Source of the DNA: Gemmatimonadales bacterium
GTDB lineage: Bacteria > Gemmatimonadota > Gemmatimonadetes > Gemmatimonadales > GWC2-71-9
Direction of reading: 5' to 3'
Length of the DNA stretch: 64,000 nt
NCBI GenBank assembly: GCA_036002045.1
Contig: DASYTT010000095.1
Location: 3,061 to 67,060, forward strand
Under the pieces are notes generated by a model. The model ran no database searches. It saw nothing but the letters and a program-made list of their open reading frames with translations, and had not been told where the DNA came from. Of this stretch, positions 16,479-27,500 are shown one piece after another. Made by a program: the position numbers and the translations under genes. The first letter of the stretch is position 1; each line of letters opens with the position of its first letter.

Positions 16479-16496
16479 CTATATATAGGATATAAT
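16479..16496. promoter_or_regulatory. AT-rich divergent promoter candidate: palindrome CTATATATAG plus TATAAT
   Basis: This is the only strongly AT-rich patch in a 62-bp divergent intergenic region. TATAAT at 16491-16496 faces the cupin operon. On the other strand, TATATA lies under 10 nt from the alr ATG. Confidence 0.5.
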
Positions 16497-16537
16497 CCAG
16501 TGGAAGTCCTCCTGGAAACCAAAAAGGGTGGCCCGCT

Positions 16538-16948
16538 TTGCGTTTCGTGACTTCGGCGGAGATGCAGGTCGAGCCCTCGCCCTGGGGGCCGCACGAATGG
16601 CTCTGCCGGCCCGGGCTCACGGAGGCCGAGGGACTCTTGCTCGTCCGGGTCCGGATGCCGGTCGGGCGGGCGCATCAGTTCCACCGACACCCGGCGCTCG
16701 AGGAAATCATCTACGTGATCTCCGGCACAGCCGAGCAGTGGGTCGACCGGGAGCGGCGGATGTTGCGCGCGGGGGAGTCGGCCCACATACCCCGCGATGT
16801 GGTGCACGGCACCTACAATGCCGGGGATGCTCCCCTGGTGTTTCTCGCCATTCTCTCGCCGGCCAGCTTCAATGGCCCCGCGATCATCGACGTCCATACC
16901 GAGGAGCCCTGGCGCTCGCTCAAGGCGCCGTTGCGCTTCCCCGAGTGA
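16538..16948 (+). CDS. cupin-domain protein
   Basis: Cupin motifs HQFHRHPALEEIIYVISGTAE and AHIPRDVVHGTYN. TTG start; an in-frame ATG at 16562 is possible. Stop TGA overlaps the next GTG. Confidence 0.75.
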   Translation: MRFVTSAEMQVEPSPWGPHEWLCRPGLTEAEGLLLVRVRMPVGRAHQFHRHPALEEIIYVISGTAEQWVDRERRMLRAGESAHIPRDVVHGTYNAGDAPLVFLAILSPASFNGPAIIDVHTEEPWRSLKAPLRFPE

Positions 16949-18168
16949 AGCCCCGCATTCTCCTGCTCGGCAGCTTCGACACCAAGGGCGACGAATATGC
17001 CTTCGTGCGTTCGGTCATCGAGGCACGCGGGTTCAGTGTCCTTACGCTCGATCTGGGCGTGTTAGGCAGCGAAGGCGCGACGCCGTTCCCGGTCGACATC
17101 AGCGCGGAAGAGGTAGCCCGGGCCGGGGGCAGCTCGCTGGCAGATCTGAGGGCGCGCCGGGACCGCGGTCCGGCAGTGGAAGCGATGCTGGCCGGCGCCC
17201 GGGTGCTCACGCGGGAGCTCTACGCCGCGCGGCGCTTCGGCGGCGTGCTCGGACTGGGGGGAGGGGGTGGAACGACGATGATCACCGCCGCCATGCGCGA
17301 GCTGCCGGTGGGAGTGCCCAAGCTCATGGTTTCGACCATGGCGTCGGGGGACACGGCGCCCTATGTCGACGTCAAGGACATCACCATGATGTATTCCGTG
17401 GGCGACATCGCCGGGCTCAATCCGCTCTCGCGACGGATCCTGGAAAATGCCGCAGGCGCGATCTGCGGGATGCTGGAGCCGCATCCGTCACTTGCGGCCG
17501 CAACGACCCGCCCCCTGATTGCCGCGACGATGTTCGGGGTCACCACCCCCTGCGTCACCGCAGCGCGCAAGCGGCTCGAGGCGGCGGGATACGACGTGCT
17601 GGTGTTTCACGCAACGGGCTCAGGCGGGCGTGCCATGGAGGGGCTGATCGATGACGGATATTTCGTCGGAGTGCTCGACGTTACGACGACCGAATGGTGC
17701 GATGAAGTGGTGGGCGGCGCGCTGAGCGCGGGCCCCGATCGGCTGTCGGCGGCCGGGCGCAAGGGTTTGCCGCAAGTCGTGTCTGCGGGGGCGCTCGACA
17801 TGGTCAATTTTGGCCCCGCCGACACGGTGCCCGAAAGATTCCGGGGGCGGACGCTGTACCGGCACAATCCGACGGTGACGCTGCTGCGAACCTCTTTGGA
17901 GGAGTGTCGCGAGATCGGCCGGCGCATCGGAGAACAATTGAGCCGGGCCACGGGTCCGGTCACCCTCCTGCTTCCTCTCAAGGGTGTGAGTATGCTCGAT
18001 GCACCGGGCCAGCCGTTCCACGACCCGGAGGCGGACCGGACACTGGTCGAATCCCTGCGGCGCCATGCCGGACCCAACGTGCAGGTACGGGAGCTGGACC
18101 TGCACATCAACGATGAAGAGTTCGCCCACGCGCTGGCGGACGAGCTCTTACACCAGCTGGGGAGCTGA
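16945..18168 (+). CDS. UPF0261 / Tm-1-like ATP-binding protein (PF06792-type)
   Basis: GTG 16945 (GTGA overlap). N-terminus PRILLLGSFDTKGDEYAFVRSVIEARGFSVLTLDLGVLG is typical of UPF0261. About 407 aa. The ORF-track extension 16528-16944 overlaps the cupin gene and was not used. Confidence 0.8.
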   Translation: MKPRILLLGSFDTKGDEYAFVRSVIEARGFSVLTLDLGVLGSEGATPFPVDISAEEVARAGGSSLADLRARRDRGPAVEAMLAGARVLTRELYAARRFGGVLGLGGGGGTTMITAAMRELPVGVPKLMVSTMASGDTAPYVDVKDITMMYSVGDIAGLNPLSRRILENAAGAICGMLEPHPSLAAATTRPLIAATMFGVTTPCVTAARKRLEAAGYDVLVFHATGSGGRAMEGLIDDGYFVGVLDVTTTEWCDEVVGGALSAGPDRLSAAGRKGLPQVVSAGALDMVNFGPADTVPERFRGRTLYRHNPTVTLLRTSLEECREIGRRIGEQLSRATGPVTLLLPLKGVSMLDAPGQPFHDPEADRTLVESLRRHAGPNVQVRELDLHINDEEFAHALADELLHQLGS

Positions 18169-18174
18169 CTCAGG

Positions 18175-19014
18175 ATGCCCTTCATCGCGCGCGAGGAATC
18201 CCTCCACCGCCTCCGCTCCCAAGTGGCCGCGGGCTCTCCTCTCATCGGCGCGGGGGCGGGGACCGGCATCTCGGCCAAGTTCGCCGAGCGCGGTGGAGTG
18301 GACCTGATTGTCATCTACAACTCCGGACGCTACCGAATGGCGGGGCGAGGCAGCGCTGCGGGCATGATGCCGTACGGCGACGCAAACGCCATCGTGGTGG
18401 ACATGGCGCGCGAGGTGCTGCCGATCGTGAAGGACACGCCCGTGCTGGCGGGCGTTTGCGGCACCGACCCATTCCGGCTAATGCGGGTGTTCCTCCCGCA
18501 GCTTCGGGACATGGGGTTCGATGGGGTGCAAAACTTTCCCACGGTAGGGCTGATCGACGGGCAGTTTCGTCAGATTCTCGAAGAGACCGGAATGAGTCTC
18601 CAGCTCGAGGTGGAGATGATCGCCCAAGCGCATGAGCTCGGCATGCTCACCTGTCCCTACGTATTCGACGCCGCCACGGCCACCGCATTCGCCCGGGCCG
18701 GCGCGGATGTCATCGTCGCCCACGTGAATACCACGGTCGCGGGCTCAATCGGCGTCAAGACAGCGGCACTGTCCCTCGATGCCGCCGTGTTGCGCGTGCA
18801 GGAGATGCACGATGCGGCCAAGGCGGTCAATCCGGAGACGATCGTGCTGTGCCACGGCGGTCCCCTCGCCGAGCCGAAGGATGTGCAATACCTGCTGGAG
18901 CGCACGACCGGTGTAGCGGGATTCTTCGGGGCCTCGAGCATCGAGCGACTGGCAACGGAGCGCGCCATCGAGGAGCAGGCGAGGGCGTTCAAATCGCTGC
19001 GGCTTCCGAGGTGA
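18175..19014 (+). CDS. phosphoenolpyruvate-hydrolase-like TIM-barrel protein (PF09370-type; Tm-1 C-terminal half)
   Basis: LIGAGAGTGISAKFAERGGVDLIVIYNSGRYRMAGRGSAAGMMPYGDAN is the family hallmark. Always paired with UPF0261. Confidence 0.8.
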   Translation: MPFIAREESLHRLRSQVAAGSPLIGAGAGTGISAKFAERGGVDLIVIYNSGRYRMAGRGSAAGMMPYGDANAIVVDMAREVLPIVKDTPVLAGVCGTDPFRLMRVFLPQLRDMGFDGVQNFPTVGLIDGQFRQILEETGMSLQLEVEMIAQAHELGMLTCPYVFDAATATAFARAGADVIVAHVNTTVAGSIGVKTAALSLDAAVLRVQEMHDAAKAVNPETIVLCHGGPLAEPKDVQYLLERTTGVAGFFGASSIERLATERAIEEQARAFKSLRLPR

Positions 19015-21074
19015 AGTGGACACTGCTGGTCGCGGCGCTGGCCCAGACGAGCGGAGCGCGGGCCCAGGACACGCTCCGGCCGCGGTTGCTGGACCCCGTG
19101 GTCGCCACCGCAGAGCGTACCCGCGGCAGCGTCAGCTCCTCGATGGCGGCGGTGACGCGACTCGCCGCCGAGGAGCTCGCACGGTATCCCCGAGCCACGC
19201 TCGCGGATCTGCTCCGCCTGGCGCCGGGTTTCAGCACGGTGGACTTCGACGGCCTCGGCTTCGATCCGCAGCTCATGGTGCGCGGGTTTTATGGCGGTGG
19301 TGAGGCGGAATACGTCATCGTCCAGGTCGACGGGCACCCGGTAAATCAGCTGCAGACGGGCCTAGTTGCCTGGGATGTATTGCCTCCACTTGCCGCCATC
19401 GAGGCGATCGAAGTCGTGCGGGGAGGCGCCTCATCGCTGTATGGCGATGCCGCGATCGGGGGAATAATCAACATCATTACCCGCCGCTCCGAGCTGGGAC
19501 GCCAGGCAGCGCGGCTCAGCTGGGAAGGGAGCGGAGGGAGCTTCGGCACCTGGAGCGCCGCCGCCGGCCTTGCGGGGCGCGCCGGAAGGCAGTCCCTGTC
19601 GCTTGCCGGCGGCGTCGACCGCACTCAAGGATTCCGGGATCACGCTGAGCGCACCGCTGCCCGGGCAAACGCCGGAATGACGCTGACCGAAGGCTCGAGT
19701 GGGTGGGTCGGCGTGGCGGTCCGGTCGCATTGGCGGGATAACGATGATCCGGGACCATTGCGAGAGAGCCTTCTGCAGCAGGATCGGAGTGGCTCGGATC
19801 CGCTCTTCCGCTTCGACCACAGCAGCGACAAAGGCGGCGTGCTGGCGCTGCAGGGAAGCCGATCCCTTGCGGGGCGCACCCAGCTCGTCGGCTCCGCGAG
19901 CGCAGAGCTCCGAAGGGTGGACGCGATCCGCACCTTGGCCCTGGCACCCGGGTTTGGCGACACCAAGGAACGACTCGCGGGCACCGATCGCGGTGCGCTG
20001 AGCCTGCAGCTGGAAAGTGGCGACGCTCCGCTCCCGCACACCGATCGACTGATCGTGGGAATCGAGGCCGCCCGGGGCGGGCTCAATTCTCGCTACTTTC
20101 GCTTTTCCGACGGCGAGCGCGGCCCGCTCGACACCCAGGGAAGCAGCACCCGGACCAGCGGCGCGATCTACGCGGAGCTGCTCGGGCGACCCTTCGACGC
20201 CTTGCGGCTGACCCTCGGCGCGAGGCTGGACCTGCTGGACGACAGCTTTGAGCCCAGGATTCCCAGCGGACAGGCTCGCGAGTCTGCGAGTCACACGGCA
20301 TTCAGTCCGAAGGCGGGGCTCAACCTCCGTTATCTGAACCGCGCCACAAGCGCCGGCAATCTCTATCTTGCCATCGGCCGTTCTTTCAAGGCGGCGACGC
20401 TGGATCAGCTCTATGATCAGCGCAGCATCCCAATCCCTTTCCCGCCGTTTGCCGTGACGACGTCCAACCCCGAGTTGCGACCGCAATCCGGCAGCAGTGT
20501 CGAGCTGGGGGCCTATCAATCCGCGGAGCTGGCGCGCGGGGTGCGCGCGACAGCCTCGCTGAGCAGCTATCAGATGAATATGAAGGACGAGCTGGACTTC
20601 GATATCACGTCGTTCCGTTACGTGAACCTTGGCCGCAGCAGGCATCGCGGAATCGAGGCCGGCCTGCACGTCGGCGGGAGTGGCGCCTCGGGGTTCGCGA
20701 ACTACACACTGCAGTCGGCCATCTCGCGGAGCGGCAACTATTCCGGCCAGCGGCTCAAGGCGATCCCGCGCCACTCGGTGACGGCGGGTCTATCGCTGCG
20801 ACCCGGCTCGCTGCTCGAGGCAACCATGGTGGCGACCCACGTGCACGACATTTTTCTCGACGACGCAAACTCGGTCCGCTTGCCGAATTACTCTCGCGTG
20901 GACGCCCAGCTCGTGCTCCGGGTGCGAGGAATCGGCGTGCTGCTCTCGGTACGCAATCTCCTGGGGTCCGAATACAGCACCACCGGGTTTCTGGATCCGA
21001 GCGGATCGGGAGAGGCGTACCTCTATCCGGCCGCGGGGCAGGTGATTGTGCTGGGTGTCCGGGGAGGCTGGTAG
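19011..21074 (+). CDS. TonB-dependent outer-membrane receptor
   Basis: GTG 19011 (GTGA overlap), giving signal peptide VKWTLLVAALAQTSGARA-QD. Plug domain (IEVVRGGASSLYGDAAIGGIINIITR), a long beta-barrel, and a C-terminal aromatic residue (..VRGGW). Confidence 0.85.
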   Translation: MKWTLLVAALAQTSGARAQDTLRPRLLDPVVATAERTRGSVSSSMAAVTRLAAEELARYPRATLADLLRLAPGFSTVDFDGLGFDPQLMVRGFYGGGEAEYVIVQVDGHPVNQLQTGLVAWDVLPPLAAIEAIEVVRGGASSLYGDAAIGGIINIITRRSELGRQAARLSWEGSGGSFGTWSAAAGLAGRAGRQSLSLAGGVDRTQGFRDHAERTAARANAGMTLTEGSSGWVGVAVRSHWRDNDDPGPLRESLLQQDRSGSDPLFRFDHSSDKGGVLALQGSRSLAGRTQLVGSASAELRRVDAIRTLALAPGFGDTKERLAGTDRGALSLQLESGDAPLPHTDRLIVGIEAARGGLNSRYFRFSDGERGPLDTQGSSTRTSGAIYAELLGRPFDALRLTLGARLDLLDDSFEPRIPSGQARESASHTAFSPKAGLNLRYLNRATSAGNLYLAIGRSFKAATLDQLYDQRSIPIPFPPFAVTTSNPELRPQSGSSVELGAYQSAELARGVRATASLSSYQMNMKDELDFDITSFRYVNLGRSRHRGIEAGLHVGGSGASGFANYTLQSAISRSGNYSGQRLKAIPRHSVTAGLSLRPGSLLEATMVATHVHDIFLDDANSVRLPNYSRVDAQLVLRVRGIGVLLSVRNLLGSEYSTTGFLDPSGSGEAYLYPAAGQVIVLGVRGGW

Positions 21075-21078
21075 CTCC

Positions 21079-21489
21079 GTGGATGAGAAGAAGCTGGGTC
21101 GGACGCTGTGGATCATTGCGAATGCTGTGATGTGCCTTGCGTTTCTTTTCTCGACCGTGGTACAACTGAACGATCCGGACCCCATCCGCTGGATGGGGGT
21201 GTATGGCGCGGCCACCGTCGTCTGTGGGCTCGAGCTCAGGCGAGGGGTGCGAGCATGGATTCCAGCTCTGCTGGCGGTGCTTGCGCTGACCTGGGCAGCC
21301 ACCATTGCACCGCGGGTGATCGGCAAGGTGGGCTTCACCGAGATGTTCGCCGAGTTCGAGATGCGGAATGCCGGTGTCGAAGAGGCGCGGGAAATGTACG
21401 GGCTTTTGTTCGTTGCGATCTGGATGGGGGTGATAGCGGCATTCGAACGCCGGAGCACAAGACGTAGAGCTGACGAGGTGCTGTGCTGA
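21079..21489 (+). CDS. small integral membrane protein, TMEM220-like (PF15071-type)
   Basis: GTG 21079 lies 11 nt after GGAGG. Has 4 hydrophobic helices and an NDPDPIRW motif typical of the family. Confidence 0.6.
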   Translation: MDEKKLGRTLWIIANAVMCLAFLFSTVVQLNDPDPIRWMGVYGAATVVCGLELRRGVRAWIPALLAVLALTWAATIAPRVIGKVGFTEMFAEFEMRNAGVEEAREMYGLLFVAIWMGVIAAFERRSTRRRADEVLC

Positions 21490-21530
21490 GTGGCAAACGG
21501 TAAACACTCGTACGTCTCCCCTCGATAACG

Positions 21531-24500
21531 ATGAGAGCACTTTTCTCCCGGTGGCTCCGCCCCCGCCGCCGTTCGGCCATGAGCACGGAATACCGGCTTG
21601 CTGGTCCGATCCGGGGCGAGTTGCTGGGCGCAGAGCATCTGGCCGAGCGGGCGCGCACGCTGGCAACCCGGCAGCGGCTCGTGCCCGTGCGCCGGCGCCC
21701 CCGCCGGGCCCGCCTGCTCAATCGCCTGAACGCGACCCGGAGCCTGCTCGACAGTGCCCATGCCCGGCTGGCGGCCGCATCCCTGCAAGGCACCGATATC
21801 GGGCCCGCCGGCGAATGGCTGCTCGATAATTATCACGTCGTACAGGAGCACGTGCGGGAGGTGCACGAGAGTCTCCCCCGCGATTTCTACCGCGAGCTGC
21901 CGGAGCTCGCAAGCGGCCCTCTGGCGGGTTACCCCCGAATCTACGAGCTGGTGATCACCCTGATCGCCCACACCGAGGGCCGGCTCGACAGCGACAACGT
22001 CGACCCCTTCTTTGACGCGTTCCAGGAGAAGGTGGCGCTGTCGATCGGGGAGCTGTGGGCGGTGCCGGCGATGCTGCGGCTGGGCTTGTTGGAAAACATC
22101 CGCCGGATGGCGCTGCGCACGGTCCAGCGGCTCGACGAGGTCGAAGAAGCGGATCGCTGGGTGGCGCGGATACAGGCCGACAACGCGCAGGACTCCACCA
22201 TCCTGGCGGACACCCTCGCTGAGTTCGTGCTCGAACCTCCGGCCCTCAGCTCCATCTTCGTCTCCCGCTTCCTGCATCAGCTCCGGCAGGCCTCCGGCGC
22301 CTTCCCTCCACTGGTGTGGCTGGAGGAATGGATCACCAGCGCGGGCTTGAGCCCCGACGAAGCGACGGCGCGTGCCACGGAGCGACTGGCACTCACCAAG
22401 CTCATGATGGCCAACAGCATCATGAGCTTGCGCGGCATTACCCAACGGGATTGGCGCAAGTTCGTCGAGCACGAAAGCAGGATGGAGCGGGTTCTGCGCG
22501 AAGATCCAGCGGGATTCTATCCCCAGATGACCTTCGCGACGCGCGACCAGTATCGCCACGTGGTCGAGCGGATTGCCAAACGCATCCGGCGGAGCGAAGA
22601 CGCGGTTGCCCGAGAGGCCGTCGAGCTGGCGCGCGCAGGTGCCGCTGCCGATCCGCGCCGAGGGCATGTGGGGTACTATCTGATCGACCGCGGGTTGGCC
22701 GGCCTCGAGGCGACGCTCGGCTATCGCCCCCGGGTCGGGGAAGCTTTGTACCGCTGGATTCTCCGGCATCCCAACAGCGTATTCGTCGGCGGCATTCTGG
22801 CGTTCACGGCGGTGGCGCTCCTTGCTTTGTTTCAGCTCGCAGGGGAATCCGCGCGATCGGCCTGGCTCGCCGTAGCACTCATCGCGCTGCTCCCGGCAAC
22901 CGATCTCGCCGTCAACATGGTGAACCAGCTGGTGACGGTGTTGCTGCCGCCCCGGCTCTTGCCCAAACTCGATTTCCGCGATCACGGGGTACCCGAGGAA
23001 TACCGTACGGCGGTCGTGATTCCGACCCTCTTCGAGAGCGTGGACGAGGTGGGGGATGCCCTCGCTAATCTCGAGGTGCAGTACCTCGCCAACCGGGAGG
23101 CGCATCTCCACTTCGCGCTCCTCAGTGACTTCAAGGACTCGGCGATCGAAACCCGCGAGAGCGATGCCGGCATCATTGCGGCCGCCGAAGCGGGCGTACG
23201 GGACCTCAACGCGCGTTACGCGCCCGAGAGCCAGGACGCGTTCTATCTATTCCATCGGCCCCGGCGCTGGAACGAGCGTCAGGGCGTCTGGATGGGGTGG
23301 GAGCGCAAACGCGGCAAACTGCAGGAGTTCAACCAGTTCCTGCGAGGCGGGGCCCAGGAGGCCTTCACCACGGTGGTTGGCGATGTCGAGTCAATCCGGC
23401 GCGTGCGCTATGTGATCACGCTCGATGCGGATACGGTGCTGCCCCCTGAGGCAGGAGCGGTCTTGGTCGGCGCGCTGGCGCACCCGCTCAACCATGCCGA
23501 ATACGATCCCGAACTCGCCCGCGTGGTCCGCGGCTACGGCGTCCTGCAGCCACGAGTGGGAGTCTCGCTCGCCAGCGCCCATCGGTCACGCTTTGCCGCG
23601 ATCCACTCCGGGCATCCGGGCGTCGATCCCTATACCACGGCGGTGTCGGACGTCTACCAGGACCTCTACGGCGAAGGGAGCTACACCGGGAAAGGCATCT
23701 ACGACGTCGATGCGTTCGAGCGGGCGACCGAGGGCCGTTTTCCGGAAAACACTCTGCTGTCTCACGACTTGATCGAGGGAAACTACGCCCGGGCCGGACT
23801 GGCCACCGATATCACGGTCTACGACGACTACCCGACCGGCTATCTGACCTTCACGCGCCGCAAACACCGCTGGATTCGGGGAGACTGGCAACTCCTGCAA
23901 TGGCTGACACCCTGGGTCCCGGGGCTTCACGGGCTCGAGCGCAACCGGCTCTCGCTACTCTCCCGCTGGAAGCTCCTCGACAATCTGCGCCGCAGCACGG
24001 TCGAGCTCGCCCAGCTGGCCTTCCTGCTCGCGGGATGGACCATCCTGCCGGGCTCGCCGCTGCGCTGGACGCTGCTCGGGCTCGGTGCAATCGTCGCGCC
24101 GTGGGTGCTGGCCCTTCTGCTCGCCGTGGTCCGGCCACCGAGTGACAAGTCCTGGCGGGCTTATTACCGCGCGGTGGGACAGGACGCCCTCACCAGCGCC
24201 CAGCAAGTCGCCCTGGCGATCACCTTTCTCCCGCATCAGGCCTGGGTCTCGCTCGACGCGATCGTCCGTACGCTCTGGCGGCTGTTTGTAACCAAGCGGA
24301 AGTTGCTCGAGTGGGAAACCGCATCGCGAGCGGAGCGGGTGACCTCGGGGACGCCCCAGGAGATGTGGCGTGCGATGGGCCCGGCGGTCGCCGCAATGAG
24401 CCTGGCCATGCTTGGCACGCTCGTCCTCGGGCAACTCCGCGGATCTCCAGGGCTAGGCCCGCTCGCGGTGGCGCTGCTGCCACTCGCCTTGCTCTGGGCC

Positions 24501-27500
24501 GTGGCGCCGGCCATCGCCTACGCGCTCAGCGCGCCGATTGCCCCGCTGGTCCGAACGCTGAGCGAAGCATCGCGCGCGGTGGCCCTGCGCTACGCCCGGC
24601 TGCACTGGGAGTACTTCGAGCGCTTCGTGCTGGCCGAGACCAACTGGCTCGCTCCGGACAACTTTCAGGAGCACCCGGTGCCGACGGTAGCGATGCGCAC
24701 CTCGCCGACCAATCTCGGTCTCCAGTTGCTCGCCACGGTCAGCGCGTATGACCTGGGCATCATTCAGCTCGCCGACATGACCGTGCGCCTGGAGCGTGCC
24801 TTCCTCTCGCTCGCCCGGCTGCCCCGCTTCCGGGGGCATTTCTACAACTGGTACGACTTGCGCAGTCTGGCCACGCTCGAGCCGGCCTATATCTCCACGG
24901 TCGACAGCGGCAATCTCGCCGGCCACCTGATGGCGTTACGCCAGGCCTGTCTGGCCCTCGCCGACGATCCCGCTGCTGGACAGGGAGACCTGGCTCGGCG
25001 GCTCGAAGTCCTGGCCGAGCAGGCGCAGGAGTACATAACGGCAATGGATTTCGGATTTCTCTTCGACCCCTCGCGCAAGCTGTTCTCGATCGGCTACAAT
25101 CCCGCAACCCACGCGCTCGATCCTTCCTACTACGATCTGCTCGCCTCGGAGGCGCGGCTGGCCAGCTTCGTGGCCATCGCCAAGAACGACGTCCCCTTCA
25201 GCCACTGGTTTCGCCTGGGGCGCGGCCTGATTTCCGCGGCGGGAGAAACGGCACTGGTATCCTGGAGCGGCAGCATGTTCGAGTACCTGATGCCGCTGCT
25301 CGTCATGCACTCTTTCCCGTTCACGGTGTTGGGGCAAACCTATGATGGAGCTCTCGACATCCAGATTGCCTATGGAAGCGAGCGGGGAGTGCCCTGGGGA
25401 ATCAGCGAGTGCGCCTACAATCTGCGCGACCGGCATCGCACCTATCAGTACCGCGGATTCGGCGTGCCCGCGCTCGGGCTCAAGCGTGGGCTGGCCCGCA
25501 ATCTGGTCGTTGCGCCCTACGCCTCTGCGCTCGCGGCGCTGATCGATCCCGAGCGGGCGCTGCAGAACCTGCAAACGCTCGAAGGGATGGGATTGCTGGG
25601 GGCCTACGGATTCTACGATGCGGCGGACTACACCCGGCCCGACCCAGGCCAGCCGTTCGCCCTGGTCCGCAACTATATGGCGCATCACATCGGCATGACT
25701 CTGGTGGCGCTGAGTAACACGCTGCAGGCGCAGCTGTGGCAGCAGCGGTTTCACAGCGACCCGATGGTCCGCGCGACGGCGCTGCTGCTGGACGAGCGGG
25801 TGCCGCGCCGGCTCGCTCTGCTGCCCGCCCAGACCGCCCACCCGGATGAGGCTCCACCACCTGCCGAGCCGGCGCGGCCGGTCGTCCGGGAAATCGCGAC
25901 GCCACACACTCAACAACCGCACGTTGCCCTGCTGGGCCACACGCCCTACACCGTGATGGTGAGCAATGCCGGCGGCGGGTACAGTCGATTCGAGGACCTG
26001 GCCGTGTCACGCTGGCGCGCCGACGGAACCCGTGACCACACAGGGCAGTTCTGTTATGTGAAGGACCTAACCCGCAGACGGGCGTGGGCCGCAGGCTACC
26101 AGCCACTCTGTGCCGAGGCCGATTGGTACCGCGCGTTCCTCGCGACCGACCGGGTGACCCTGGAGCGGTCCGACGGCGAAATCGAGACCAAGCTGGAGAT
26201 CGTGGTCGTGCCCGAGGACGCCGCCGAAGTACGGCGGGTGACGCTGACCAACAACGGAAGCGAGACTCGGGAGCTCGAGCTGACCAGCTACGGCGAGATC
26301 GTGCTGGCGCCTCCCGAGACGGATCGAGTTCATCCCGCTTTCGCCAATCTCTTCGTCGAAACAGAGTGGCACGAGTGGTGTACGGCCATCACCGCGACAC
26401 GGCGACCACGCTCGGCGACGGAACGAGCCCTCTGGTGCGTCCATGTGGTGGACAGCGGCAAGGAGCGGGTGGGGACGGCGAGCTGCGAAACGGATCGCGC
26501 GCGCTTTCTGGGCCGGGGCCGCACCCCGCGCGACCCCATCGTGCTCGAGCAGGACGGCGCCCTGTCCGGCACGACCGGCGCGGTGCTCGATCCGATTTTT
26601 GCGCTACGCACCCGGGTGAGACTCCTGCCGGGACAGACGGCGTCCGTGGCGTTCACGACACTCGTCGCCACTTCACGGGAGCGGGCGTTTGCGCTTGCCG
26701 ATCGCTACCACGATTCGCACACCGCGCAGCGCTCCCTCGACCTGGCGTGGACCTCCACCCAGATCGAGCTCCGGGAGCTCGAGATCAGCCCGACGGATGC
26801 GGCTGTGTTCCAGGATCTGGCGGGGTACCTCATCTACCCCAATCCCGCGTTGCGGGCGCCGACCGAGGAGCTCCGCGCCGATCAGGGATCGCAGCAGCAG
26901 CTCTGGGCCAACGGCATCTCGGGCGATTGGCCGATTGTCCTGGCCACGATCGAGTCGGCGGAGGGACTGGCTACGCTGCAGCAAGTGTTCCTCGCCCACC
27001 GCTACTGGCGGCGGCGGGGTATGACGATCGATCTGGTCGTGGTGAACGCGCAGCCGCACAGCTACCAGCAGGAGCTGAACGACCGGATCATCGAGACCAT
27101 GCTCGCTACAAGCGGCTCCGGGGTCGCGGACGCGCCCGGCGGCATCTTCATTCGCCAGCTCGGCTCACTCGTACCCGCCGATCTGCGGATGATCGCTGTG
27201 ACGGCGCGGGTACGCATCCCCTGCGACGGGCGGCCGCTGGCGCGCCTTGTTGCTGAAAGCCGGCTCCCGACCTTTCCGGATTCGCTGGAGCGTGAACCGG
27301 AGCCTCCGCCGCCAAGGCGGGTGGAACGGAGCACGCTCCCCTTCCTGTCGCTGGCGGAGCGGATTCGGAACCGCGCGGCAAGCGTGATCGGCCTGACGCG
27401 GTCGCCGCAGCATGCGGATGTCCCGCAAGCTCTCGATCCGGCGCCCGCGGCTGCGGGCCCGCTCCGGTTCGACAATGGCCTCGGGGGGCTGACCCTGGAA

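Noticed and set aside
16528-16944. Upstream 139-codon extension of the UPF0261 ORF, overlapping the cupin gene in another frame.
   Set aside because: The cupin frame carries real cupin motifs. UPF0261 proteins start at the ..ILLLGSFDTKG.. motif, and GTG 16945 gives the same GTGA coupling seen elsewhere in the operon.
20790-23111. 773-aa ORF antisense to the TonB receptor, TMEM220-like and glucan synthase genes. Similar very long antisense ORFs occur at 32432-34570 (712 aa), 61296-63629 (777 aa), 13000-14469 (489 aa), 19431-20774 (447 aa), 53693-55033 (446 aa) and 5680-6849 (389 aa).
   Set aside because: These are typical shadow ORFs of GC-rich DNA. Their translations are Arg/Gly/Pro/Ala-rich with no motifs, and each lies fully opposite a gene with clear family signatures.
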